Origin: Candidatus Aldehydirespirator sp.
GTDB taxonomy: Bacteria; Actinomycetota; Acidimicrobiia; Acidimicrobiales; Aldehydirespiratoraceae
NCBI GenBank assembly: GCA_965221215.1
Contig: OZ244872.1
Coordinates: 907,601-971,600 of the forward strand
Direction: 5' to 3'
Length of the DNA stretch: 64,000 nt
Shown: piece after piece, positions 19,782 through 27,766 of the stretch
Layout: each line of letters starts with the position of its first letter
Position numbering within the stretch: position 1 is the stretch's first letter
Made by a program: the position numbers and the translations under genes
The notes under the pieces: model-generated
Databases searched by the model: none
Told to the model about the DNA's origin: nothing
What the model saw: the letters and a program-made list of their open reading frames with translations, nothing else

Positions 19782-21548
19782 TCAGGCGTCCACGTTGACG
19801 GTGATGGTGTGCCAGCCCTCGGCGCCGTTGGGGGCGGGATCGACTGGCGTGGAGCCCTGGGTGACGCCGTCGCCGTCGGTGGCCCGCACCTGGATCTGGT
19901 GCCGGCCACCGGTGGGCGTCCACTCCCGGTGCCACTGCACCCAGGTCTCGTCGCCGAGGGCCTCGCCCAGCTCGCACTGCACCCAGTCCTCGTCGTCGAC
20001 CCTGGCCTCGACCCGCTCGATGCCCCGGGTCGGCGCCCAGGCGATGCCGGCGATGGGTGTGGTCTGGCCGGCGGTGAGCCCGCGGCCCGCGGCGGGCACG
20101 TCGATGCGGCTCTGGGTCTTCATCGGACCCTCTTTGGACCATCCCCGCGGCACCCAGTAGCCGTCGAAGCCGTCCCAGGTGGTGAGGTGGATCTCGTCGA
20201 TCCACTTCACCGCCGACACGTAGCCGTAGAGGCCGGCCACCACCAGCCGGGCCGGGAAGCCGTGGTCGGTGGGCAGAAACTCGTCGTTCATGCCGATGGC
20301 CAGGACGGCATTGCGCCCGTCGTACACCACCGGGGTGGGGAAGCCGGCCGTCCAGTCGTCCACGGAGCGCCCCACCACCTGGTCGGCGCCGGGCTGCACC
20401 CCGGCCCGGTCCAGCAGCACCGACAGCGGCACGCCGGTCCAGACCGCGTTGCCGACGAGGTTGCCGCCCACCCGGTTCGATACACACGACAGGGTAATCA
20501 CATGGTCGGACAGGTCCATGGCCTGGATCTCGTCGAAGCTGATCTCGTAGGGGTTGTCGACCATGCCGGTGAACCGCAGCCGCCAGGTGGCCGGGTCGAT
20601 TTGGGGCACCTGGCCGAAGGCAGTGTCGATCCGGTAGAAGTCGTCGTTGGGCGTGATGTAGGAGGCGATGCCGGCCACATCGTCGTCGAGGGTGTCGAGC
20701 GCGGCCACCTGCTCCTGCACCGACGGGCCGGCCGGCTCGGGCGCGGTGGTGCTGGTTGTTGCCTCGGCCGCCGGGGCGGATCCGGTGGTGGCAGGTTCCG
20801 GCGCCTCGGCGGCAGTGGTGGTCGGCGGGGGAGAGGTGGTGGTGGCGGCTGACCGGAGCGTGTTGGTCTCCAGGAACTGCTCGGCGGCCGACTGCCCCCG
20901 CAGCGCCCGGCCCAGGCCGACCATGGCCAGCGCGGCCGCCCCCGCGCCGGCGGCATAGGCGAAGAAGGCTCTCCGTGTCGCCGGAGCAGAGCCGGCCGGC
21001 TCAGGGTCCTCGGCAGGGCCCGACCGTTCGGAATCCACCGGCGGGGAGGCGGGACGAGGGGCGGCTCGTGCCGCGATGCGGCTGGCCAGCAGCAGGGTGG
21101 TGCCCGCGGCCAGCCCGGCCGCGATCAGGCCCACCACCCAGGATTCCGCGGCCGGGCTCAACGGGTTGCGGGCCGCGGCCCACCCGCCTAGCAGGCCGAA
21201 CAGCGCGAACCCGGCCATCGTTGCCCGCGGCCGCCCCTGCGCCGCGAAGCGCCCGAGCACCCCGCCGAGCACCAGCGACCCGATGACGATGCCCACCGTC
21301 AGCAGCGTCTTCTGGCTGGCCCCGAAGTTGTCGATGCTGAACCGCACCACATCGCCGGGCGTGTAGTCGCTGAGCAGCTCGCTGACCGCCACCACCAGCG
21401 ACGGGATCGACTCCGACGCGCCCTCGACGAACTCGCCGAACCCCAGGCCCACAGCCGCCCCCGCCGCTCCTGCCAGCGCCCCCATCAGCGGCGCTGCCGC
21501 GCCCCGCCGGGAGTCCGGTCGATCCTCGCTGGTCGCTTCGTCTGTCAC
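19782..21548 (-). CDS. Membrane-anchored molybdopterin-dependent oxidoreductase (sulfite oxidase / YedY-MsrP fold), paralog 1
   Basis: The C-terminal half FYRIDTAF...LSCVSNRVGGNLVGNAVWTGVPL...HGFPARLVVAGLYGYVSAVKW is the SUOX-fold Moco domain followed by an Ig-like dimerisation-type domain. The N-terminal ~190 aa are polytopic and hydrophobic. They are followed by an internal TRRAFFAYAAGAGAAAL twin-arginine-like motif and a Thr/Pro linker. Start set at GTG 21548 by alignment with paralog 2; ATG 21485 is an alternative. Confidence 0.8.
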   Translation of the reverse strand: MTDEATSEDRPDSRRGAAAPLMGALAGAAGAAVGLGFGEFVEGASESIPSLVVAVSELLSDYTPGDVVRFSIDNFGASQKTLLTVGIVIGSLVLGGVLGRFAAQGRPRATMAGFALFGLLGGWAAARNPLSPAAESWVVGLIAAGLAAGTTLLLASRIAARAAPRPASPPVDSERSGPAEDPEPAGSAPATRRAFFAYAAGAGAAALAMVGLGRALRGQSAAEQFLETNTLRSAATTTSPPPTTTAAEAPEPATTGSAPAAEATTSTTAPEPAGPSVQEQVAALDTLDDDVAGIASYITPNDDFYRIDTAFGQVPQIDPATWRLRFTGMVDNPYEISFDEIQAMDLSDHVITLSCVSNRVGGNLVGNAVWTGVPLSVLLDRAGVQPGADQVVGRSVDDWTAGFPTPVVYDGRNAVLAIGMNDEFLPTDHGFPARLVVAGLYGYVSAVKWIDEIHLTTWDGFDGYWVPRGWSKEGPMKTQSRIDVPAAGRGLTAGQTTPIAGIAWAPTRGIERVEARVDDEDWVQCELGEALGDETWVQWHREWTPTGGRHQIQVRATDGDGVTQGSTPVDPAPNGAEGWHTITVNVDA

Positions 21549-21877
21549 CGCTGTCGCCTCGCCGTCTCGGTAGGGCCATTTGCTCACCGGGATCGTACGC
21601 CCTTGCTGTGACAGAGGGCGCGAGCCCGTCGGATTCACCGACAGGCAATGAGCGCGGCCAATGGGCCGGGGTGGTCCAGTTCGCAAGCGAACAGGAGCGG
21701 CAGGGCGAGACCCAGCGGCCAGCGAGAGCGGCGAGTGGGAGCGGGCACAGGAGGCCGATAGGTCATAGTGAACGGGTGTGTGTGCGCAACAAGGGGAGCG
21801 TGCTGCGCGGCGCGACGATTGGGCGCTATGGGATAGTGAGCGGATGGAGACGGAGCGGCCCTACCCATGAGGCGCCA

Positions 21878-22876
21878 GTGACCGGCGGCGTCGGCGAGTT
21901 GCGCCGGTGGGGCTACGACGGCCGCGTCGCTGATGCCGTCGAGCCCGGAGCGCGGGTGGCCCGGGTGGTGCAGGTGGACCGGGGTGAGTGCGACGTGGTG
22001 ACCGCGCAGGGCATGGCGAGGGCCGGTTCGGACTCGGTGCGGGCCCAGGCCGAGACCGCTCCGGTCACCGGCGACTGGGTGCAGCTGGCGACCAGCCACG
22101 GATTGCTGCTGATCGACCGGGTGCTGCCCCGGCACACCGCGCTGACCCGCCGGGATCCGGCCGAGCGAGACACAGATCAGGTGCTGGCGGCCAACTTCGA
22201 CGTCGTGGGCATCGTCGCCGGCCTCGACCGGCCCCTGCCCCCCGGCCGTTTCGAGCGCCTGCTGGTGATGGCACGCGACAGCGGCGCCGCCATAGCGATA
22301 CTGCTCACCAAGGCTGATCGCGCCCCCGATGCGGCCTCGGCGTCGGCCACGGTGAGGGCGGTGGCCGGCGATGTCGACGTGTTGACGCTGAGCGCTTGCC
22401 GCGGCGAGGGCCTCGACGATCTCAGGTCGAGGCTCGGCGCAGGCCGCACACTGGCGCTCGTGGGTGCCAGCGGATCGGGCAAGTCAACCCTGGTGAACGC
22501 CCTGGCCGGAGCCGAGATCGCGGCCACGGCGCGGGTCCGTCCGTCCGACCGCAGAGGCCGGCACACCACCGTCGCCCGCCGTCTGCTGCTGCTGCCCGGC
22601 GACGGCGGGATGGTGCTCGACACCCCCGGAGTGCGAGCCCTCGGTCTCACCGATGCCCAGGAGGCGCTCAGCCGGGTGTTCAGCGACATAGAGGACCACA
22701 GCCGCGCCTGCCGGTTCGCGGACTGCGCCCACGGCACCGAGCCCGACTGTGCCGTCACCGCCGCGGTACAGAGCGGCGAGATGGACCCCCGCCGTGTAGA
22801 GCGCTACACCGCCCTACAAGAAGAAGTCAAGAAGCAAAGGCTCAGAGAAGAGCGCCGCCCCAGACCCCGCCGCTGA
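21878..22876 (+). CDS. rsgA: Ribosome small-subunit-dependent GTPase A
   Basis: The circularly permuted GTPase order is present: LTKADR (G4), then GASGSGKSTLVNAL (G1), then DTPG (G3). The C-terminal zinc knuckle is CRFADCAHGTEPDCAV. Start GTG 21878 is approximate; the 5' 90 codons of the track ORF look non-coding. Confidence 0.85.
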   Translation: MTGGVGELRRWGYDGRVADAVEPGARVARVVQVDRGECDVVTAQGMARAGSDSVRAQAETAPVTGDWVQLATSHGLLLIDRVLPRHTALTRRDPAERDTDQVLAANFDVVGIVAGLDRPLPPGRFERLLVMARDSGAAIAILLTKADRAPDAASASATVRAVAGDVDVLTLSACRGEGLDDLRSRLGAGRTLALVGASGSGKSTLVNALAGAEIAATARVRPSDRRGRHTTVARRLLLLPGDGGMVLDTPGVRALGLTDAQEALSRVFSDIEDHSRACRFADCAHGTEPDCAVTAAVQSGEMDPRRVERYTALQEEVKKQRLREERRPRPRR

Positions 22877-22920
22877 CTCACCCGTATGGGCCGGAATCGC
22901 TCGCCTATTCGCTCGGCCTC

Positions 22921-23307
22921 TTACGCGGCAAAGACGGTGACATCCTGAGCGTAGGCGGCAAGGGCGCGCAGATCCTTTACGTCGCCGGTTACAACCGCGC
23001 CGCCCGGCTCGGCCATGGCGACAACCACTGCGTCTACGGCCGAGCCCCGCCCTGCCCGCGCCCTCAGAGCACCGGCTCGCCGCGCCAGGCTCTCGTGGGG
23101 AGCGTCGACGATCCGGCATCTCTTGAGGAAGCGATTGACCAACGCATCATTGTGCTGCCGCCCCGACAGACACTCCACGAGCACGATCGACGGCACGACG
23201 GTGGACCACGAGTCCCGGTCCAGGGCTTTGCGCAGGCTCGCTGCGGCTGTCCTTCCTCGGTGCGCGAGGTTGGTAACCGCGCCAGAGTCGAGGATCAGCA
23301 CCTTCAC
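22921..23307 (-). CDS. vapC: PIN-domain toxin (VapC-like, type II TA)
   Basis: 128 aa. The acidic quartet context is MKVLILDSGA, VLVEC, SAVDAVVVA and TGDVKD. It has a 4-nt ATGA overlap with the upstream small ORF. Confidence 0.8.
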   Translation of the reverse strand: MKVLILDSGAVTNLAHRGRTAAASLRKALDRDSWSTVVPSIVLVECLSGRQHNDALVNRFLKRCRIVDAPHESLARRAGALRARAGRGSAVDAVVVAMAEPGGAVVTGDVKDLRALAAYAQDVTVFAA

Positions 23308-23654
23308 TCGCCGGATTCCTTCATGAGGTGCTGCTCAATTGGTCGCCACCAGGCCTCGGCCCGGGCCATCTCCTCGGCCGTGGGCTCGCCGACCTCCTCG
23401 ATGAGCTCTGCGAGATACCGCTCTTGTTCCCGCCTGAGTTCTTGCCTGCGCTCCTCAGAGATGAAGATGCCCTCAGGCTCGTAGTCGTCAATGTAGTCGA
23501 TATCGGCCAAATCGTAGGGAGCAGGCACCTCGCCGCTGCCGGGTTCCGACACCACCGGCGAGGGACGCTCGTCGTTGGTGCTCATCTCGAGCCCGCCTTC
23601 GCTCGGGCTCAACTCGGCCCGTTCACTCGCGGGTCGCTTCTCATGCTTCAACAC
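23304..23654 (-). CDS. Putative cognate antitoxin of the PIN toxin; acidic, with no recognisable DNA-binding fold
   Basis: Assigned by position: it lies directly upstream and is translationally coupled to vapC. The sequence is very acidic (DLADIDYIDDYEPEG...EERRQELRREQERYLAELIEEVGEPTAEEMARAE). Internal ATG 23585 (MSTNDERP...) is an alternative start. Confidence 0.55.
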   Translation of the reverse strand: MLKHEKRPASERAELSPSEGGLEMSTNDERPSPVVSEPGSGEVPAPYDLADIDYIDDYEPEGIFISEERRQELRREQERYLAELIEEVGEPTAEEMARAEAWWRPIEQHLMKESGE

Positions 23655-23846
23655 ATTGCCATGCTTATCAGATGATCCTGACTATGCCAACCAACTTTTG
23701 CGCCGACCGAGCGGTGTCGCGAGTTCAATAGCCCATGGGGAAATATAGCGGCTGTTGTGGGCCAATTTTGGGACTGGAATAGCCCATGCGCCCACTTGCG
23801 CGTGTGGAGTGTGATGGTCGTGTTGGGCGGCGGAGGGCCTTGACGC

Positions 23847-25996
23847 TCAGGATCGGACGTTGACGCTTATGGTGTGCCAGCCTTCGGCGCCGTTGGGGCG
23901 GGGCCTCACCGTCTTCTCGCTCTGGGTGTAGCCGGAGCCGTCGGTGGCCCGCACCTGGATCCACTGCCGGCCGGTGGCCGAGGGGGTCCACTCGTGATGC
24001 CATTGCACCCAGCTCTCGTTGCCCACAGCCTCGCCCAGGCGGCACGGCGCCCAGTCGCCGTTGCCGATCTTCACCTCCACCCGCTGAATGCCCCTCGTGG
24101 GCGCCCAGGCGATGCCCGCCACCGCCAGCTTCTCGCCGGGCTTGACCCGGTCGCCGTCTTTGGGGACGTCGATGCGGCTCTGGGTCTTGATCGGCCCCAG
24201 CTTCGACCACCCTCTCGGCACCCAGTAGCCGTCGAAGCCGTCCCAGGTGGTGAGGTGGATCTCCTCCAGCCACTTCACCGCCGACACGTAGCCGTACAGC
24301 CCCGCCACCACGATCCGGGCCGGGAACCCGTGGCGCAGCGGCAGCGGCTCGTTGTTCATGCCGATGGCCAGGATGGCGTTGCGCCCGTCGTAGGCCGCGG
24401 TGGTGGGGAACCCGGCGGTGAAGTCGTCCACCGAGCGCCCCACGATCTGCTGGGCGCCGGGCTGGACCCCAGCCTGCTGGAGCAGCACGTTGAGGGGGAT
24501 CCCGGTCCACACCGCGTTGCCGACCAGCCGCCCGCCCACGATGTTGGACACGCACGACAGGGTGATCACGTAGTCGGAGAGGCGCATGGCCCGAATGTCC
24601 TGGTAGGTGAGCTCGTAGGGGTTGTCCACCAGCCCGGTGATGCGCAGGCGCCAGTTGTCTGGATCAACCTGGGGAACGGTCAGAGCGGTGTCGATGCGGT
24701 AGAACTCGTTGGTGGGCGAGATCGGGGTGATGTAGGGCGAGATGCCCGCCACCTCGTCGTCGAGGGTGTCGAGGTGAGCCACCTGCGGATGGGGCGACGA
24801 CTGCCGAGGCTTGGCTGTAGTAGTGGTTGAGGGTTGCGGGGGCTCGGTGGTGGTTGTCGTCGTGGTCGGTTCAGGCTGTGTGGTGGTGGTCGAGGGTTCG
24901 GGAGGCTGGGTGGTCGTGGTGGCGGCCGGTTCCTGAGGCGGCTGGGTGGTGGCAGGGGCCGGCTGTTCGGTAGCGGCGACGGACTCTGGTGGCTCGGTAG
25001 TGGTGGTGGCCGGTTGAGGCTGTGTGGTGGTGGTTGAGGGTTCCTCCGACTGCTGGACTGCGGACTGTTGAGTAGTGGTTGAGGGTTGCTGGGTGGTGGT
25101 AGTGGCGGGCTGAGTGGTGGTGGCGGGCTCCAGAGGCGGCAGTTCTTCGAGGCCCTCGATCTCTATGCCCTCGGGAATGTCGATCTCTAGGCCCTCGATC
25201 TCGATGCCCTTTGGAATGTCGATCTCGATGCCCTCGGGAGCCTCAATGGCGGTGTCGGCGCCCGAGGTCGTGCCGCCCGTCGCGGGCCGCCGGGCGCAGG
25301 GTCGGGATCCCTGGGCGGGAGCGTGTAGAGCTCTCGGGCCTGCTCCGCGGCCGACGGTCCCCGCAGGCCCCGGCCCAGTCCCACCAGGCTGAGAGCGGTC
25401 ACCGCCGCGCCGGCTGCGTAGCCGAAGAAGGATCGGCGGGGGCCGGAACGCTCGCGCCGGCCGTCGGGATCGCCCGCCTCCGCCGGGTCGACGTGTTGCC
25501 CGTCAACCTCCACCCGTCGCGGCGCGCCAGCTGCCCGCACTGCCCGGCTCACCAGGAACATCGTGGTAGCGACGGCCAGCACGGCGGCGGCCACCGCCAC
25601 CAGCCACGACGCCGCGGCCGGGCTCAGCGGGTTGCGGGCCGCGGCCCAGCCGCCCACCAGCCCGAACGCCGCGAACCCTCCCAGGGCCACGCCGCGGTCG
25701 CCCCGAACTGCGGAACGCCCCAGCAGCCCGCCAAGCACAAGTGTCAGCACCACGATCCCGGCGGTGAGCACCGTCTTTTGGCTGGCCCCGAGGTTGGCGA
25801 TGCTGAAAGCCACCACATCGCCGGGCGTGTAGTCGGTGACCACCTCGCCCACCGCGATCACCAGCGATGGAATGGTCTCGCTGACGCCTGCGACCAGCTC
25901 TCCGAAGCCCAGCGCCACCCCAGCGCCCGCAGCCCCCGCGATCAGCCCGGCCAGCCCCCTCGCCTTGCCGGTCGGAACCTCGTCGGAGTGGGCCAC
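23847..25996 (-). pseudogene. Paralog 2 of the membrane-anchored Moco oxidoreductase, reading frame broken between membrane domain and linker
   Basis: Track ORF 25187..25996 holds the membrane domain plus the GPRRSFFGYAAG motif, and track ORF 23847..24782 holds the Moco and Ig-like domains. They lie in different frames. My translation shows the frame of the 3' ORF stays open upstream to 25502 and encodes a TTTTQPEP / EGIEIDIP linker, but has no ATG, GTG or TTG before 24782. A net -1 shift somewhere in about 25190-25335 would restore one protein colinear with paralog 1. Confidence 0.7.
25150..25245 (-). repeat. 39-bp (13-aa) tandem repeat, two full units plus a partial, inside the paralog-2 linker
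   Basis: Plus-strand units aggccctcgatctctatgccctcgggaatgtcgatctct (25150-25188) and aggccctcgatctcgatgccctttggaatgtcgatctcg (25189-25227), then the partial atgccctcggga. On the minus strand they encode EIDIP(E/K)GIEIEGL. Confidence 0.85.
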
Positions 25997-26080
25997 GGCT
26001 GCGATTGTACGCGCATATTGATTCGGGTCTTTCCCGGTTGTTTCTCCTCGTCGAGGCCGCAGCCCGCGCGATTGCTGCGC

Positions 26081-26311
26081 CTACCTTGATCCCAGCCACT
26101 CGTCTCGCGAGATGTCCGCCTGCTTGAGGATCCGGGCGAGTTGCTCGACTCCGATGTCGCCTTCGTGGGGGTTGGGGACGCGCACTTGGTGAGCACCTTT
26201 GACCATTTATGCATGTCTGGTGCCCGCGTGCGGTCCCCCAAAGCCGAGACCCTTGAGCCGCTTGATGAACTTGCGACGCGAGATCGGAAGAAGCCGGTCA
26301 CCCGCAATCAG
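26081..26311 (-). pseudogene. hicA: hicA-like toxin gene with an in-frame TAA and no canonical start codon
   Basis: My translation gives (CTG)IAGDRLLPISRRKFIKRLKGLGFGGPHAGTRHA*MVKGAHQVRVPNPHEGDIGVEQLARILKQADISRDEWLGSR. This fits the HicA pattern (G-S/T-x-H ... vtvP.pH ... ILkqAgis) in one frame, interrupted by TAA at 26207-26209. The only start-like codon overlapping the hicB stop is CTG (CTGA at 26311-26308). Confidence 0.6.
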
Positions 26312-26661
26312 GGTGCGATGGCACCGCTGGCAAGTTCCGGCAGGTCGTAGCCACGGGCGACTCTGAGGTTGGCCCAGTCAGTCAGCGCTGAGCGCATCTC
26401 GTCTCGTGCTTCTTGTTCGCTGCGGCCAACGGTTATGGCGCCCGGGGCCACAACACAGTCAGCGAGAAACCCCGGAGGAGAGTCGATCCTCTCCACAACG
26501 GTGCGCGTGAACGCCTCAGCGACCCACTCGTCGACTCGGGGACGGTCAACCCGAGTCGTCGACTTCTCGGCGAGCACCCCGCGGCTGTCATTCTTCTTTG
26601 AGACAGAACCGCCTGCCGAAAGGCGGTGCGTCTGGTGAATGTCATGGCCGTGTGCAGACAC
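26308..26661 (-). CDS. hicB: HicB-like antitoxin (UPF0150-type N-terminal domain only)
   Basis: The C-terminal ~65 aa, FTRTVVERIDSPPGFLADCVVAPGAITVGRSEQEARDEMRSALTDWANLRVARGYDLPE, fit the HicB antitoxin fold pattern (PG..t.G.t.eEA....eAl..w). The start is uncertain and the N-terminal ~45 aa may not be translated. Confidence 0.6.
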   Translation of the reverse strand: MSAHGHDIHQTHRLSAGGSVSKKNDSRGVLAEKSTTRVDRPRVDEWVAEAFTRTVVERIDSPPGFLADCVVAPGAITVGRSEQEARDEMRSALTDWANLRVARGYDLPELASGAIAP

Positions 26662-26923
26662 TCGCGATCATCCTTGAGCGGACCCGGATCTGTTGCTGTT
26701 GCAACGGTATCACAGCGAGTCCTCGCTGATGTTCGGCTGATCCCGCGCGCACGGGCTTTGGGGCTGTCTCCCGCAGGCGCACCGGCAGCGTTCGGCATGG
26801 CCGTGCCTCATCTAGCCGAGATCGGCACCACCCTCGATGGCCTCCCCGAACGTAACCGTGTAACAACTCACAGCGGGCCGTTACCCTGCCGAGCGGGCTG
26901 GGGGAAGAGCGAAAGGAGCAGCG

Positions 26924-27751
26924 ATGGGACGCATCAGCAACACCTGGCAATTGGCCAAGATCTCGTGGGGGGTGCTGCGCAGAGACCGGGAGTTGCTGTG
27001 GATCCCGGTGCTGTCATTCCTGGTGTCGGCCGCGGTGCTGGCCGTGGTGGTGGCCCTCGTGCTGGTCACGACCTCGGTCGGCGACGGCGGCGAGGAGGCG
27101 CTCGAGCCGGCTCTGGTGGTGTTGTTCGTAGCGACGGCGCTGCTGCTGGGCGTGGTGGCGGTGTTCTTCAACGGCGCGCTGGTGGCCGGGGCCCACGAGC
27201 GCATGAGCGGGGGCGACCCCACCGTGCGCAGCGCAGTGGGCCACGCCTTCGTCCGCATCGGCGGGCTGGTGCCCTGGGCGCTGATCACCACCACGGTGGG
27301 CCTCATCATCAGGTCGCTGCGCGACCGGGCCGGCTGGCTGGGACGGGCCATGCTCAGCGTGGTGGACATGGCCTGGGAGGTGGTCACCTTCCTGGTGGTG
27401 CCCGCCATAGTGATCGACGATCTCGGCCCGATCGAGGGCTTCAAGCGGTCGGCGTCGCTGCTGCGCCGCACCTGGGGCGAGAACCTGGCCGCGAGGGTCG
27501 GGTTCGGGCTGCTGGGGCTGGTTCTGGTGGTTCCGGCCATGGTGGTGGCCGGCGTGCTGGTGGCGTCGGGATCGAGCGTGCTGGCGGTGGTGGGCATAGT
27601 GGCCGGACTTGCCTGGCTGGCGGTGGTGATGGTGGTGCTGACCGCCCTCAACGCGGTGTTTCAGACCGCGCTGTACATGTACGCCACCACCGGCGTGTTG
27701 CCCACCGGCTTCGAGCAGGCCCCACTGGCCCAAACCTTCGCCCACAAGTAG
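26924..27751 (+). CDS. Polytopic membrane protein (DUF6159-like)
   Basis: 275 aa preceded by GAAAGGAGC. It has about 6 hydrophobic helices, and the N-terminus MGRISNTWQLAKISWGVLRRDRELLWIPVLS resembles that family. Confidence 0.7.
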   Translation: MGRISNTWQLAKISWGVLRRDRELLWIPVLSFLVSAAVLAVVVALVLVTTSVGDGGEEALEPALVVLFVATALLLGVVAVFFNGALVAGAHERMSGGDPTVRSAVGHAFVRIGGLVPWALITTTVGLIIRSLRDRAGWLGRAMLSVVDMAWEVVTFLVVPAIVIDDLGPIEGFKRSASLLRRTWGENLAARVGFGLLGLVLVVPAMVVAGVLVASGSSVLAVVGIVAGLAWLAVVMVVLTALNAVFQTALYMYATTGVLPTGFEQAPLAQTFAHK

Positions 27752-27766
27752 CCGGGTTTCCGGTGC

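Noticed and set aside
17008-20160. 1050-aa plus-strand ORF, the longest 'extra' ORF near the Mo-enzyme
   Set aside because: It lies antisense to the well-supported minus-strand xanthine-dehydrogenase-family gene. Its translation is Arg/Gly/His/Ala/Pro-rich low-complexity sequence with no motifs. This is a typical high-GC shadow ORF.
21549-21877. Looked for a Moco riboswitch or other structured leader upstream of the Moco oxidoreductase, and for a small gene in this 329-nt divergent gap
   Set aside because: I could not recognise the conserved Moco-motif sequence blocks or any convincing ORF by eye. This cannot be excluded without a covariance-model search (Rfam/Infernal).
24834-25037. 67-aa Gly/Arg-rich plus-strand ORF (MRGLGGGCRRGRFRLCGGG...)
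   Set aside because: It is the antisense reading of the Thr/Pro/Gln-rich linker of Moco oxidoreductase paralog 2.
25190-25335. Programmed -1 ribosomal frameshift in Moco paralog 2
   Set aside because: I saw no slippery heptamer (X XXY YYZ) and no obvious downstream stem-loop in the candidate interval. A mutation or sequencing error is the more economical explanation.
25942-26307. 121-aa minus-strand ORF starting at TTG 26307
   Set aside because: It is out of frame relative to the HicA-like similarity and gives Ser/Arg-rich junk. The biologically meaningful frame is the interrupted hicA frame.
19782-26700. Genomic island or mobile element carrying the TA modules
   Set aside because: I recognised no integrase, transposase, tRNA target or flanking direct or inverted repeats. 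Only local plasticity (TA pairs, one pseudogene) is supported.
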